A stretch of DNA of 62,840 nt, filler included, from Vannella sp. (Eukaryota): the NCBI GenBank assembly GCA_023345925.1. It is 5 parts of 5 records of this genome, joined end to end, with 100 filler letters (N's around TTAATTAATTAA, not from the genome) between each part and the next. Parts side by side here need not be neighbours in the genome. Positions count along the whole stretch, not along the records: positions 31,268 to 46,961 come from JAJQQN010001370.1; positions 47,062 to 54,676 come from JAJQQN010000199.1; 3 more parts are not named here. One strand, written 5' to 3'. Each line of letters opens with the position of its first letter. The stretch's first letter is position 1. The position numbers and the translations under genes were made by a program. A model generated the notes under the pieces. That model was given only the letters and a program-made list of their open reading frames with translations, had not been told where the DNA came from and ran no database searches. Of the stretch, positions 35,314-47,211 are shown one piece after another.

Positions 35314-36090
35314 TTATGTGCGCTGGCTGACCTCGCAAGTCAATTGGTCAAGTTGCTCCCATTCGAATGTAGCTCGCTCCCTCTCTCTAATGACAGTTAG
35401 GAGGGAGTTTGAATCTTCCTCGATGATGTCCTGGAGGATGGAGCGGACCAAAAGAAGACAATTCAAGACCATCCAACTGTCTTTGTCCCAATTGGTGGAT
35501 AAACTAGTTACCAGTGCCCGAGAGAGGTGGTTGAGAGTAGCAGAAGGGAAGGAAAAGGTGGGAATGGAGACTAGCCCACTAATCATGAAGAACCCGTACG
35601 CCTGGACAGCAAGGGAGTTCACATTCCCTTCCAAGAGAATCAATGTCGCTCGAAGGAGCACCTCCCACTCCTCAAAGCGCAATTCCATGGAGGAACGTTG
35701 CCAATCGATTGTTCTAATGGATGTACCGATGATGCAGAAGCTACAAACACCTGGATTAGACCCTGAATAGGATGCAGAGTCTCCTTACATGAGCGCATGC
35801 ACTCGGGTGTCCTCTCTATGAAGCTCTAACAGTGGTAGTAGCAACGATCTCATCCAGTGATCGCTAATGATCAAGAAAACCGACTGTCGCTCTTCTCTTT
35901 GAGGTAAGGAAGACTCTTCTTGCTACTCTCTCAACGTACCGGTCTTGCAAAGCTGGGATAGACGTCTCAGACCATCTAACTGCACGCCATTATGCCGTAC
36001 ATGACGTTGCATGCCCTCAAGACACTCCCTCATGGTGAACGTCTCGAACTTGGTCACCCGATTGACCGTGACGAGGTCCTCCACGTCCAT
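35314..36090 (-). CDS. Hypothetical helical (ARM-like) protein, multi-exon
   Basis: MDVEDLV...HNGVQLDGLRRL exon with GTACGT donor; last exon ...VQAYGFFMISGL. Confidence 0.45.
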
Positions 36091-36169
36091 CCCACCACCC
36101 AAATGGCTCTCCCAGCCCTTGTCCTTCTTTCTGCAGCGTGGCTGACCATTCTTTGCCCGATTCTTGAGG

Positions 36170-36872
36170 ATGAGCGAACCTACGGTACGGGTGGGGGAAG
36201 GGGAGTCGATTGGAGTGCTAAGGAGGGTGTAAGCAGAGCAAGCCTGTTCTTTACTCGTATTGGAGGAGCTCGTGCTCGTGGCGAGTGCGGATTGCTCTCG
36301 AGGTGAAAGGAATCGAGTACGATTACGTTCCCGTCCATCTTCTCAAGGACGGGGGCGAGCAACTGAAGCAGGAGTATGCCAGTGTCAACCCCATGAAGGC
36401 TGTACCAACCTTTGTTGACTGCGATGGCTTCTCCCTCTCACAATCAGGCGCCATCATCGAGTACCTCGATGAAGTCTACCCCAACCCTGACGCTCCTCTC
36501 CTTCCTTCTACTATCCAAGGGCGTGCCACTGTACGTCGCATCTGCAACATCATTGGATGCGACATCCAACCAGTCCAGAACCTTCGGATCCTCAAAGCCG
36601 TCGGCGATGAAAAGAAGATGGACTGGGGCAAGCGTTGGATCACAGAAGGGTTTGAAGCTCTTGAGAAGATACTGGAGACTAGCGCTGGCACGTACAGCTA
36701 CGGGGATACGGTCACAATGGCCGACCTGTTCTTGGTTCCTCAAGTGTACAACTCGGTTCGCTTCTCTGTGGAACTGAGCCGGTTCCCCGTCATTATGCGG
36801 GTCTATGAAGCTCTCCAGTCCCTATCAGCCTTCCAGAAGGCTGACGCAGCGGCTATGCCTGATGCGGAGTAG
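36170..36872 (+). CDS. GSTZ1: Maleylacetoacetate isomerase / glutathione S-transferase zeta
   Basis: LYSYWRSSCSWRVRIAL, NPMKAVP, QSGAIIEYLDE, IQPVQNL; intron 36185-36236. Confidence 0.95.
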
Positions 36873-36911
36873 AGAAAAGGTTTATGAGCATCAATAACAC
36901 TCTTTCCGCTT

Positions 36912-38009
36912 CTATGTTGAGGTCAGACGAACACACTCCTCCCACATACGATCTTGAGCTTCCTGATTGTGAGCCATTGGGTTCCCAGGATGCGCTTCGA
37001 CACAGTTGTCAAAGTACTTGCCCGAAACACCGTTGAGAGCGGGGTCTACAGCCACCCGCACTGAGGTCTGAGCACCCTCACGAGGATTCTTGGCCATTAG
37101 TGTGCTGGCAAGCTTGTGGGAGTAGCGGAGGAAGATGAATGCGTTGCGGTCCAGGTCACTTTGGACCCATCCGGGGTGAACTGCGTTCACAGTAACGTTG
37201 TGGCATCCAGATTGGGGCAAACGTCGAGCCAGAGATGTCGAGTACATCAGATTGGCTAGTTTGCTGTTGGCGTAAGCTCGAAGGCTGTTCACTTGGGGAG
37301 AGTCCACTTGGTCCAAGTCGATCTTTCCCGCCTCACTTGCCGCGGAAGACAAGATGACAACTCTTCCTTCTCTGCCTGAAGTCTCTGCTCCTTTCTAATT
37401 GGTATCAGGATCAGTCTCGTCTCTGGATATCACAGAAAGTCGATTCTGACCTTGATAGAGGGAAGGAGGAGGTTGGTTAAGAGGAATGGGCCCAGTTGGT
37501 TGATCGCAAAGATTTCCATGACTCCGTTGATCTTCACTGTGTTGTGCTGCGTGACGTAGCCAGCGTTGTTGACCAAGACGTGAACTCCCTCAGGCTCTCT
37601 TCGCTCCATCTCAGCTACGAACTCGCGTATGCTTGCAAAGTTGGACAGATCTAAGCGTACAATGTGCAAATCCGAGTTGCCAGTGGCCTTGATGATGTCC
37701 TGCTTGGCTTCCTCGGCAGCATCGACTCGGCGACAAGCCAAATACACTTTTGCACCCATCCGCGCTTCAGATAGGTTAGCATCACCTAGTAGAGGGGTAT
37801 GGAACTCTACCAAACTCTGCAACGGTCTCCTTTCCGATGCCTGTGTTCGCACCAGTCACCACAATCACTCGACCAGTCAAGTCAACCGAAGGGGCAGGTC
37901 TGTAGCACCCAAACAGACTCCCAGTTCGTGCCACGTTTCGCACTGCTAGTACTCCTCCAACTGTCGCTCCTGCAGCAACCCCCAACGCCAACAGCATCCA
38001 CAACAGCAT
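36912..38009 (-). CDS. Retinol dehydrogenase-like SDR with N-terminal membrane anchor
   Basis: VTGANTGIG, LVNNAG, N.LGPFLLT, YANSK, VHPGWV; two introns. Confidence 0.92.
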
Positions 38010-38182
38010 AAAGTGGCATTTCACCTGCTGAGCCAGCAACGACCCCTTCTCCCAAGCCCCTCATCCAACCCAAACTATTTGTTTATATAAACTGAAGATA
38101 ATTATGAACCGGAAATGTGTCGGAGGGGCTTTTTTTGATCGGCGGACGACCCGATTTGCCGGTCAGTTCTCAAGGCTGCGCG

Positions 38183-38878
38183 ATGGGTGGAGGTCTGTCC
38201 CGCGTCTTCAGTATCCTCGGGAGCTCCAAGAAAGAACAGCGTATCGTTATGGTCGGTCTGGACAACGCTGGTAAAACAACTATCCTTTACCAAGTGAAGA
38301 TGGGAGAAGTTGTTCAAACCACTCCTACTATTGGTGAGTGCTCTGTCGTCTTCCTGGTCTTGCAATCTGGAAGAACAGTGGGTTTATGGTGACTGTGCTG
38401 ATGCGCGTTACTAGGTTTCAACGTTGAAACGGTCAAGCGCAAGAACCTCTCCTTCTCGGTGTGGGATGTCGGAGGTCAAGACCAGGTGAGTTAGCGTACT
38501 TCTGCACCTCCAAGGATTTTATCTGATTTTATGCGGGGCGTGTTATAACAGATTCGAGGCCTGTGGAGGCACTACTTCCTTAACACAGCGGCTGTCATTT
38601 TCGTGGTGGACAGTAACGATGTCAACCGACTTGCCGAGTCCAAAGCCGAGTTGTGGAAGGTTCTGGAGTCCCCCGAACTCGAAAACTGCCTTGTACTTGT
38701 GTTTGCAAACAAGCAGGACCTGCCCCAAGCTGTCAGCCCTGATGAGGTGGTGAACCGGCTCGAGTTGTCGCAGATCACTGGACATCTCTATCACGTTGTG
38801 GGCTGCACGGCTATTGAAGGAAAGGGCCTTGATGAGGGCTTCGACTGGCTCGCCGACAAGCTCAAGGAGCGCAAGTAG
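38183..38878 (+). CDS. ARF-family small GTPase
   Basis: MGG start, [28 protein letters not shown]; two introns. Confidence 0.95.
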
Positions 38879-39034
38879 GCCCCTCTTCCTTGCCTCCCGC
38901 TCTAACGGCTGGCGAACGAGGTGCGGTTGCCCTCAACTGTATAACCATAATAAACCCTCTCCACGGAGGGATTTCTATGTCCGCTCTCGAAAGGGACGCC
39001 TCTGATCGATACAAGAGCCAACGTTTAGTTCAAC

Positions 39035-40097
39035 TCAGATACGAACCCACTCGTCTACTTGTTGATCAAGGGACTGAGAGCCCACCAGGCCAGAGCGTGA
39101 GACACGGAAGGAAGGACGTTCTGATCCGAGCTGAGGGTCCACCGAGAGGTTCCAAAGGTGCATGAGAACTCTGTGGGGATCTTCCAAAGCAAGACCTTGC
39201 ATGAAACAGAGATGGCGCACGTTGCTGTTGAGGAGGACAATGGCTCTTTTGTAGTCATCCGTGAGCTTCGTTCCAAAGAGGGGCAACTCAGACCCTTGAA
39301 AGGAGACTGTGGAGCGAGCTCCTCGCGGTGTCATTGGGTAGAGAAGAGGCACGTCAATGTAGGCGGAGACTGCGCACAGTAACTGGGTGATGAGACCCAT
39401 CCCTGCAGCTACCACAGGGCTGGTGTCTGCAATCATGGATTGATATTCGCCTGAGAGGGGTAGTAGAACATTGAGTACTTTCATCTCGTCGTGAGAGTCG
39501 TCCACAATCGGCATGAGCGGGACAATGGCGAGCAACCTCTCAACCAGCTTGCGGCGGGCTCCTGCAAGCGTCTCTGTCATTGCTGCGAGCTCAATTGATC
39601 TGCCTTTAAGTGCAGAAGGATATCTGCCGTTCATCTCACTCTGGACAGCGGTGACAGCCGTGAGAGCGTCTTCTGTCTCCCTCTCTATCTTCTCTCGCTC
39701 GTCCAGGAGGTCTTTCAACAGTCTATCACCTGCTTCGAGTTAGTCATAGCTTGGTGATAAGTATTTCACTCACCAGAGCAGCTCAGATACTCGACACTCT
39801 CATTCAGACGGGTCTTCTGCTCCGCTACAAGTCCAGAGAGCCGGTCCCGCTCTGCCATCTTCTCCAGGAGCTTCTCTTTCTGTATCATTCTCAGTGATAT
39901 GCGTCGTTGAAGCGCCTCGTTCTCCGTCTCTAGCCTGCGGAGCTCTTCTCTGCCCCGAAAGAGTCTTCTCTTCTCCTCATTCAACCTGCCACTCCCATTA
40001 ACTTCCTCCCCAACGTTCGAAGCGTCCCCACTTACTTCAGAAAGCAGTGGGAACACAGTTCCCCTGGTAATACACGTGAACAACCTTCGCACTGCAT
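39035..40097 (-). CDS. Atg14/Vps38/UVRAG-like PI3K complex subunit
   Basis: N-terminal MQCEGC...CSHC, coiled coil, AAGMG...SAYIDVPLLYP, LPLF, AIVLLNSNV, C-terminal DEWVRI (LIR-like). Confidence 0.8.
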
Positions 40098-40143
40098 GAG
40101 AGGGAAGGAGGAAATGAACGAAAAGGACCATTTCTTCCCCGCC

Positions 40144-40467
40144 ATGGCTGACGTGGTGCTGTACTATGCTTCGGTAAGCGGGACCGCAAAGACCAAGAAG
40201 GATACGCAGAGCCTTCGTTGGTTGTTGGAGAAGAAGAGTTGCGCCTTTGACGAAGTGGACGTGGCGCGGGATGCGATGGCGCGCGGAACCATGCGAAAGG
40301 CCAGCGGGACCGCTGCACTTCCTCAACTCTTCGTCAACGGCAAGTACATTGGTGTACGTGTTATCTTGTCATGCTCTTGATGGTCCTCTGACCAGGTGCA
40401 GGGCTATGACGAGTGCCAAGAGCTGGAAGAACAAGAGAAGCTCAGTGACGCTCTTGATGGAGAGTAG
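40144..40467 (+). CDS. SH3BGR-like glutaredoxin
   Basis: VLYYASVSG...LPQLFVNGKYIG|GYDE; one intron. Confidence 0.85.
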
Positions 40468-40526
40468 GCCGTTGCTCTCAAATACACGCAAGTCAGCTTG
40501 TATGTGGGTTTATTGTCGCAGAGGGA

Positions 40527-41953
40527 TTACTTCTTGTCCTCCTTGTCCTTCTTGTGAAGTCCCTGAATCGCTCCCTACTCTCCTTTGTCAGACACGGCAC
40601 AGAGCGCAGCTCGGATGAGCACAGGGTAAGGTCTCTTACCTGAATAAGAGGATCGTTGGGGTCAACACCCTCCATATCGCCGAAGAGAGAGTTGACAAAG
40701 TCGGGATCGGAAAGAGCGTTCTGGACTAAGGTGTCCTGTTCCCTTGTGAGTCTGGGTGTTAGTCAAGTGTGTGAACATACTGGATCTATCGGTTTCTCTG
40801 CTTTAGGCTTCTCCTCTGTGGGCATTGACATGGACATCGCCATGGCAAGTTGGGCTTCCTCGTCCATATCATCGTAGAGGCCAGCGTCATCTTCCTCCTC
40901 GTCAAATGTCATTGGCTCAGGGACTGGCGCTTCCTCTCTGGCTGCTGGGGCAGCAGCAGCCGCAGCAGCAGCCATGGACATCTGTAGGGCTTCTTGGAGC
41001 AGTGCGTCCTCTTCTCCATCCAGATCCATCGCTGACTCGGCCACTTCACCAGGCTGAGCGGACTCAAACTCTTCCATTGACATGCGGAGAGCTGCTACGA
41101 GCTCTGGGTCGAGGTTAGGATCGATGCCGCCGCCCATTCCGCCCATGTTGGCCTCGCCAAAGCCACCAGAACCAGCACTACCGCTGGCAAACACCTCGGG
41201 GAAGCTTGATAGGTAGTCAGAAAGGTTGTGAGGGCCTGTGGGAACGGAAAGGAGCGACGAGTTATCGTTGTTGACGGCATCGTGGAAGGCCTGCAGTGTT
41301 TCGGCATTCTCCACTGTCTCTCCAAAGCTAATCACATCGACTGCAATGTTGTTCTTCTTCAGGCGCTTTCCCACACGCACCAACTCCTGCATTGCCCCTT
41401 TGTAAGCTCCCTTCCTCATATCTGAAGGAATACGCACCTCCTTGGAGGTAGTGACGGGGCTTCCAATAAAGAGAACAATGCGTTGCCTCTGGCTCTTGTT
41501 CTGCTTGTGTTTGAGGGCGAGCTGAGGAAGCTGAGTAAGAGATCGTGATAGGGGACCTAAGCTTGCTCACCTGGGCCAGCTGCAGAGTTGCTGAGACGTC
41601 AACCTTTCCTTCCGCTTTGATAGATGCGATGGCGTTCATCAGCTTCCCTTCGTCGTTGGAGAGAGTGATGAGAACCTTCGGCCTGAACAAGGAAGTCCAA
41701 TGTGAGCGACCAAACAGGCTCTGCTCTGCAGACATACCCTTTACCAGCCATAGAGATCACCGAGACTGCGCTTTCCGCATTCTGGTCGATCTTCCTCGTG
41801 CAAAGAAGGATAGCCGCATCACTTTGAGCCACCAACCGCGTGGGAGTAAAGTCCCCGTTCCTCATCCATTCAGAGTTGTCCAGACTACACCATAATCAGT
41901 TATGATCACCCTCACTATCAGCAGATGGCGCACCAGATGAACGTGGCTTCCAT
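40527..41953 (-). CDS. PSMD4: 26S proteasome ubiquitin receptor Rpn10
   Basis: MEATFICLDNSEWMRNGD, LALKHKQ, LKKNNIAVDVISFGE, DPNLDPEL, UIMs; multi-exon. Confidence 0.95.
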
Positions 41954-42250
41954 CAGCAGCCCGCAGTAAACTGAGGGGAAATGCGCTTCTCCTTCAATCC
42001 CTTCACTAGAAACCACTCCCGTCAAAGGAGCCCAAAAAGTTCTTTTATCAAAACATATATCAACTTCATTGGTAAAGGTCCCGATCGTATTTAGAGGTAC
42101 TTTTCAACCATGTGCAGAACGTGGTTTACTTGGGCCGTGAACTCTCGTATCAGCCATGCTGAACACGTACATGAAGGAATAAACCTGTTTCTCATGAACG
42201 GGGAGCATCACCCTTGGGAGGCACTTTTTGCGGTCCCTTGGTGGTCGGCG

Positions 42251-45200
42251 ATGGCAAACATCGAAGAGCGACTGGAGACACTGGCGGAGTTCCCGTTGGA
42301 GGACGACCAACGGAACATTGAAGCGACATCGCTGTCGGTGTCTCTGACGTCCGTGGCGGAGACCAACTTTGTGGAGCGGAACGCCTTTGATTCAAAGTTC
42401 CTGGGAGAGATGTACACGATTGGGAAGATCCGCGACATCCTGGAGCGCGGAGAGTACTTCGTCAACATCATTTACACGTACAGGAGCTGCTCCAAGGCTC
42501 TTCCACAGGCCAAGAACACAGATGACGCTCAGTTCAAGGAAGAACTCCACACCAAGACCTTTATGGTGCTTGAACCCGAGATTCAGAAGGTCAAGGACCT
42601 CTTCGCCTTCCAGAAGGACACTATCCAGTTCTTCTGCGACCAAGTGAAGCTCATTCTAACCGAAGAACGGCGAACGGAGATCCCTGCCGAGGCGTTGGTG
42701 TGGCATTTGATCAAGTTACTCGACTTGTTGGCTTTACTAGATGCTCTCATGAACATGAAGGCTTGTTTGGTCACTGACTTCTCCTTCTACAAGCGCACAG
42801 CGGGCTACATGAAGGCTGGAGGTGACGCGGGAGGTGACAAGCAGTTATCCGAGCTGGGTTTGTTCCTTGCCAAGCAGAACCGTATTACGGAGAGTCTGAA
42901 GAGTGAAATCAAAGAGATTAAGTGCTTTGATGACATCCTGGTGATGGCGGCGAACATGTGCGCGTCGTACATCGAGATGGAGCGCTATGTGATGCCTTTT
43001 GACAAGCACACACTCTTGCGAGCTATTCCTTACTGCCTGTTCTTGATGGACGGCCGCGAAGGCAACCTTGTCAACGTGTTTAAGAGCAAAAAGGTCAACG
43101 TGAAGCGCTTTGCGACCATCTTTAAGCGCTATCCCGTCGTGACCTTGTACGGAGACATGCAGATTAAGCTGGAGAACATGATTAAGAGTGCTCCTAACTA
43201 TGTGGTGGGAGCCTGGCCCTTGTCTGATACAGAGAAGATGGCTCGCGAGTACGAACTCATTCACCACTTGCCCGCCATTCGCCAGCAACACAACGAGTAC
43301 ATGGGCAAGTTCAAGACAATCGTCAACATGATCAAGCTGGATGAGCCAGAGGCCTCTGACCAAGAGTTCTGCGCGTCCGTGACGGAGATTCTCCTGGACG
43401 GGCTCGACTTGCTCAGTAACTTGACCAGCCGCGTGCTTCAGCAGAGCGCTTGGAAGTACTTTAAGCCTAGCGCTGTCGTCCCAGGCGCTTCCTCCGACAC
43501 ACCGTCAGAGGATTCGGGTCCTTTGATGGACAATTCGTACGACCAAGTGGTCAAGAACAACTACTCCAAGGAAGAGTGCTTTGCCTTGGCGGAGATGATT
43601 GGGTTGATTAAGGGCCTAGCAGGGTGTATGGTACAGGAGGACGGTATCTTGGCTCCTTTCGTCCGTTCTACCATCCACAACGAGACACAAACAGTCATTC
43701 AAGTGACCATTGGTGAGCTGTTGGCGTATGCCACGAAGAAGAAGCGCCCCATTCGCACAGATTTGACACAAATCCGCACTCTGGGAGTGGACTTTGTGGA
43801 TGGATCGGGTCTGGACGAGTCTGCATTCAACAAGAAGAAGAAGGTCGAAGTGACATTGGGGAGTCGCCCAATCAGTCCCTCTCTCACTCAATTGGAGCTT
43901 TTGCGGACATCTATCTTCAACCTGTTCGCCACCAGAATGAATGGGAAGCGCCCATTTGAGAAGGACATCTCGAAGGAGTGCATGAAGTCACTGGAAGACT
44001 ATTACATTCGTTCCTTCAACTATCCGTATCTCCTCAACTTCAAGGAGTGCGTCATGCAGATGATTGACTTGGGAGATTTGTGGTATCGGGAGTTCTATCT
44101 CGAGCTGACAAAGAGACTCCAGTTCCCTATTGAGCTCTCCTTGCCCTGGATCCTCACAGATACTATCTTGGAGACAGAGGACTTGACAATGATGGAATAC
44201 GTTCTTTATCCTTTGGATATCTACAACGACGCTGCCAACCGAGCCCTCAACAGCCTCCACCAGCAGTTCTTGTACGACGAGATTGAGGCCGAAGTGAACC
44301 TGTGCTTCGACCAATTGATCTTCAAGCTTAGTAACAGTGTCTACACTTCTTACAAGACCCAGGCTGCCTCTCTTATGCTCGACAAGCCTTACTCCTCTCA
44401 AATGGCGACTCTTATGAATGCCAAACTGGTCGTTCCTAAGACCCGCTACGATGTCATCCTCTCTCAACGTCATTACCAGCTTCTTGGCCGCTTTGTTGAC
44501 TTGAACAATCTCATCGCACAACGCATTAACAACCTTTTACGAAGGAACATCGACAACGCTATCAGCCGCTTTGAGGGAAAGGACCTTTCCACTGTCGTTG
44601 AGTTGGAGACTCAAATCAATTGCATCCGTCTCACCCACCAATTGCTGTCCCCTCACTTCTTGCAGCTCGACCCCTTCCACGAGATCTTTAACGAAGTGAA
44701 TGGAAGCGCTTCTCTCATCTCTTTCCACTCGCGAATTGCGTTCCACACCATTTCAGAGTGCGCTTCGGACTTGTTCGCGAACTACAATTACAACTCATAT
44801 TCGCAGCGCTTCCTTCGTGCTGTTATTGAGTTCGGGGAGCCCATGCAACGTGACAATCCACCTGCTGCTCAATTGCACTTCCAATACGGTTCACGTCAGC
44901 TGACCACCGCCTTCACTGCGTTCCATCTCAACTTTGCTCGCATCTTTGAGATTGAGCACGCGCGTGCTCTCGTCAATCTGTTGGGTCCGGGCAACGTTTC
45001 GCTTGTGTTTGACGAGATCTTGACCAATCTGAACCTGAAGATTGAGAATGTGCTGGTCCCTTACATCACTGAGCTACTGAATGCCATGCCGCCCAACTCC
45101 AAGTGTCCTTTGTACAACTATCAAGTGCCTGGTGGGATTGGGTACTTTTCAGGGAAGCTCACAGACATTATCTATTATCCTCCGTTGCAGTCTGATGTCT

Positions 45201-46636
45201 TCCAGCAGTTCAAGGAGATGGGAAACACTATCGCATTCCTCCAGCTGCTCGACCTTGCCCTTGAAGATGTCAGTACTAGCCGGTTCACGCTTCTCTCGCC
45301 TATCCTGGGTTATGCTCCGTCCAACCTCCCGGCAGGACCTGCTCCCGAGGAGGCTTTCTTCTTTAAGAACGCAAAGGCAGTGTCTGACCACATCCGAGAG
45401 GAGGATTTGGCATTGGCAGAGGAGGCCATTGACCCTCTTTTGAATGCCATTTGGGAGGCAGACTTTGAGCTTCGTAAGAACGCCAACACATCTCTCTTTA
45501 AGGCTGCCCTGGACCGCATTTACATGGCAGTGAGTGGGGCACGTGACGAATGGGACCAACAGACACCTGAGGAAGGCGCCGTTATCCCTGTGGAGTGCGC
45601 TCGTGAGTTCTACCGAGTTTTCAGTGCTCTCAAGTACATCTATTGCTTGCCGTTGGAGCGAGGCCAAGGAGAATATGACAACTTTGACTTGTTCGGAGAT
45701 GGCATGATGTGGGCAGGAATGAGTATTATTCACTTCCTCGGGCAGCGCAAGCGTTATGACAGCTTCGACTTTGCTGATTATTTGCTGAGAGTGGCGGAGG
45801 TCTTCCCAGTGGATCCCACTGACAAGCCCTCGACATCCTTCCTTGCCAATGCAAGCCGAATGCGAGACCTGTGCGGGACCATCTTCCGTACTCTGGACAA
45901 TTATGTTCCTGAGTATCAGCCGTATGTGGTGCAGATTCATCCGCCTGTGGATGACTCTGATGTATCCCAGTTTAAGATCACTTCCACTCGCGCTGTTGAT
46001 GACCCTCGGCCAGATGCTACTTATGTTCAGGCACCAGTGGACGACTACGACTACTATCCGGCAGACATTCCCATTCCTGCTGAGGAGCCGCTTCCCGACA
46101 TTCCTGATGAGCCAGTAGCTGCTGTTGTTGCCACAGCTCCTAAGGCCAGTTTCCCGCCGCCTCCCACTGTCAGTGCAGCCGCCCCTCCAACAGCAAGCTT
46201 CCCACCTCCTCCTCCCACCGTCACTGCCGCCGCCCCTCCAGCAGCCAGCTTCCCACCTCCTCCTCCCACCGTCACTGCAGCTGCCTCTCCAGCAGCCAGT
46301 TTCCCCCCACCTCCTGTTAAGATGGCCCCACCTCCTCCAGCAGCGGCCAAGTTCCCTGCACCACCACCGAGTGCGGCTCCTTCCGCCCCGACAGCCTCAG
46401 TGACTCCTCAAACGAATTTCCCTCCTCCACCGTCTAGTGCACCCCCTGCACCACCAGCGGGTGAGGCCGTCAAAAAGACCTTCCCTCCGCCACCTCCTGG
46501 TGGCCCTTCCGTTAAAGCGAGTGGAAGTGCACTTCCGCCACCTCCTGGTTCATTCCCTCCTCCTCCCGCTCCGAAGAAGATCAACCTCCCACCCCCTCCT
46601 TCAGCCAAGCCACCCCCTCCCCCTCCTCGCGACTAA
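42251..46636 (+). CDS. CYFIP: CYFIP/Sra1/PIR121 (SCAR/WAVE complex), intronless, with proline-rich C-terminal extension
   Basis: YTYRSCSKALPQ, DLWYREFYLEL, QFPIELSLPWIL, QQFLYDEIEAEVNLCFDQ, FGDG. Confidence 0.97.
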   Translation: MANIEERLETLAEFPLEDDQRNIEATSLSVSLTSVAETNFVERNAFDSKFLGEMYTIGKIRDILERGEYFVNIIYTYRSCSKALPQAKNTDDAQFKEELHTKTFMVLEPEIQKVKDLFAFQKDTIQFFCDQVKLILTEERRTEIPAEALVWHLIKLLDLLALLDALMNMKACLVTDFSFYKRTAGYMKAGGDAGGDKQLSELGLFLAKQNRITESLKSEIKEIKCFDDILVMAANMCASYIEMERYVMPFDKHTLLRAIPYCLFLMDGREGNLVNVFKSKKVNVKRFATIFKRYPVVTLYGDMQIKLENMIKSAPNYVVGAWPLSDTEKMAREYELIHHLPAIRQQHNEYMGKFKTIVNMIKLDEPEASDQEFCASVTEILLDGLDLLSNLTSRVLQQSAWKYFKPSAVVPGASSDTPSEDSGPLMDNSYDQVVKNNYSKEECFALAEMIGLIKGLAGCMVQEDGILAPFVRSTIHNETQTVIQVTIGELLAYATKKKRPIRTDLTQIRTLGVDFVDGSGLDESAFNKKKKVEVTLGSRPISPSLTQLELLRTSIFNLFATRMNGKRPFEKDISKECMKSLEDYYIRSFNYPYLLNFKECVMQMIDLGDLWYREFYLELTKRLQFPIELSLPWILTDTILETEDLTMMEYVLYPLDIYNDAANRALNSLHQQFLYDEIEAEVNLCFDQLIFKLSNSVYTSYKTQAASLMLDKPYSSQMATLMNAKLVVPKTRYDVILSQRHYQLLGRFVDLNNLIAQRINNLLRRNIDNAISRFEGKDLSTVVELETQINCIRLTHQLLSPHFLQLDPFHEIFNEVNGSASLISFHSRIAFHTISECASDLFANYNYNSYSQRFLRAVIEFGEPMQRDNPPAAQLHFQYGSRQLTTAFTAFHLNFARIFEIEHARALVNLLGPGNVSLVFDEILTNLNLKIENVLVPYITELLNAMPPNSKCPLYNYQVPGGIGYFSGKLTDIIYYPPLQSDVFQQFKEMGNTIAFLQLLDLALEDVSTSRFTLLSPILGYAPSNLPAGPAPEEAFFFKNAKAVSDHIREEDLALAEEAIDPLLNAIWEADFELRKNANTSLFKAALDRIYMAVSGARDEWDQQTPEEGAVIPVECAREFYRVFSALKYIYCLPLERGQGEYDNFDLFGDGMMWAGMSIIHFLGQRKRYDSFDFADYLLRVAEVFPVDPTDKPSTSFLANASRMRDLCGTIFRTLDNYVPEYQPYVVQIHPPVDDSDVSQFKITSTRAVDDPRPDATYVQAPVDDYDYYPADIPIPAEEPLPDIPDEPVAAVVATAPKASFPPPPTVSAAAPPTASFPPPPPTVTAAAPPAASFPPPPPTVTAAASPAASFPPPPVKMAPPPPAAAKFPAPPPSAAPSAPTASVTPQTNFPPPPSSAPPAPPAGEAVKKTFPPPPPGGPSVKASGSALPPPPGSFPPPPAPKKINLPPPPSAKPPPPPPRD
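46145..46315 (+). repeat. Coding tandem repeat, ~48-nt unit (ASFPPPPPTVTAAAPP), about 3.5 copies
   Basis: GCCAGCTTCCCACCTCCTCCTCCCACCGTCACTGC recurs in tandem. Confidence 0.85.
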
Positions 46637-46961
46637 GTCATTCAAATTCATTCGAGCATTTCAGAAAGAGGACTTTTCTACAATGAACTCGTTACGGGCA
46701 GGGTGCAGGGTGCAGGGTGCAAATCGGTGGTTTTGTCGGCAGTGAAACTGCCTTTCTCACTCTTGAACTGGCCATGCTTGGAGGAGGAGATATTCAGCCC
46801 TTCCTCACGACAAAGTGGGTTGGAAGAACAATGATGAACTTGGAAGAGACTTCCTCCACGATGACTGAGGCGTCGACTCTCATTGCCAACGGAAGAGCAG
46901 CTCACGGCCACGTCATCACTGCTGAACTGCAGACTGCTGGAGTTGGAAACAAAGTGGGACG

Positions 46962-47061
46962 NNNNNNNNNNNNNNNNNNNNNNNNNNNNNNNNNNNNNNN
47001 NNNNNTTAATTAATTAANNNNNNNNNNNNNNNNNNNNNNNNNNNNNNNNNNNNNNNNNNNN
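46962..47061. other. Artificial contig linker
   Basis: N44-TTAATTAATTAA-N44. Confidence 0.98.
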
Positions 47062-47211
47062 CATCCTAGCCGAATAAGGAACGCTGGCACCGTCTGCTCT
47101 CTGCCATGGCATATAAAAGGAAGATTTAAAAGGCACAAGGAAAATGAAAATGACGGTCTTTGGCCCTCTCTGAGAATTTGGAAAGAAAAGTGTATTTCCA
47201 TGACCAGTGCC

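Noticed and set aside
42845..45940. Long antisense ORFs under CYFIP (and similarly under XPO1 and PES1)
   Set aside because: Codon-bias shadows of well-conserved sense genes.
46678..46961. 3' fragment of a gene at the end of contig 3, and a (GGGTGCA)3 repeat
   Set aside because: No recognisable protein, and the repeat is too short to interpret.
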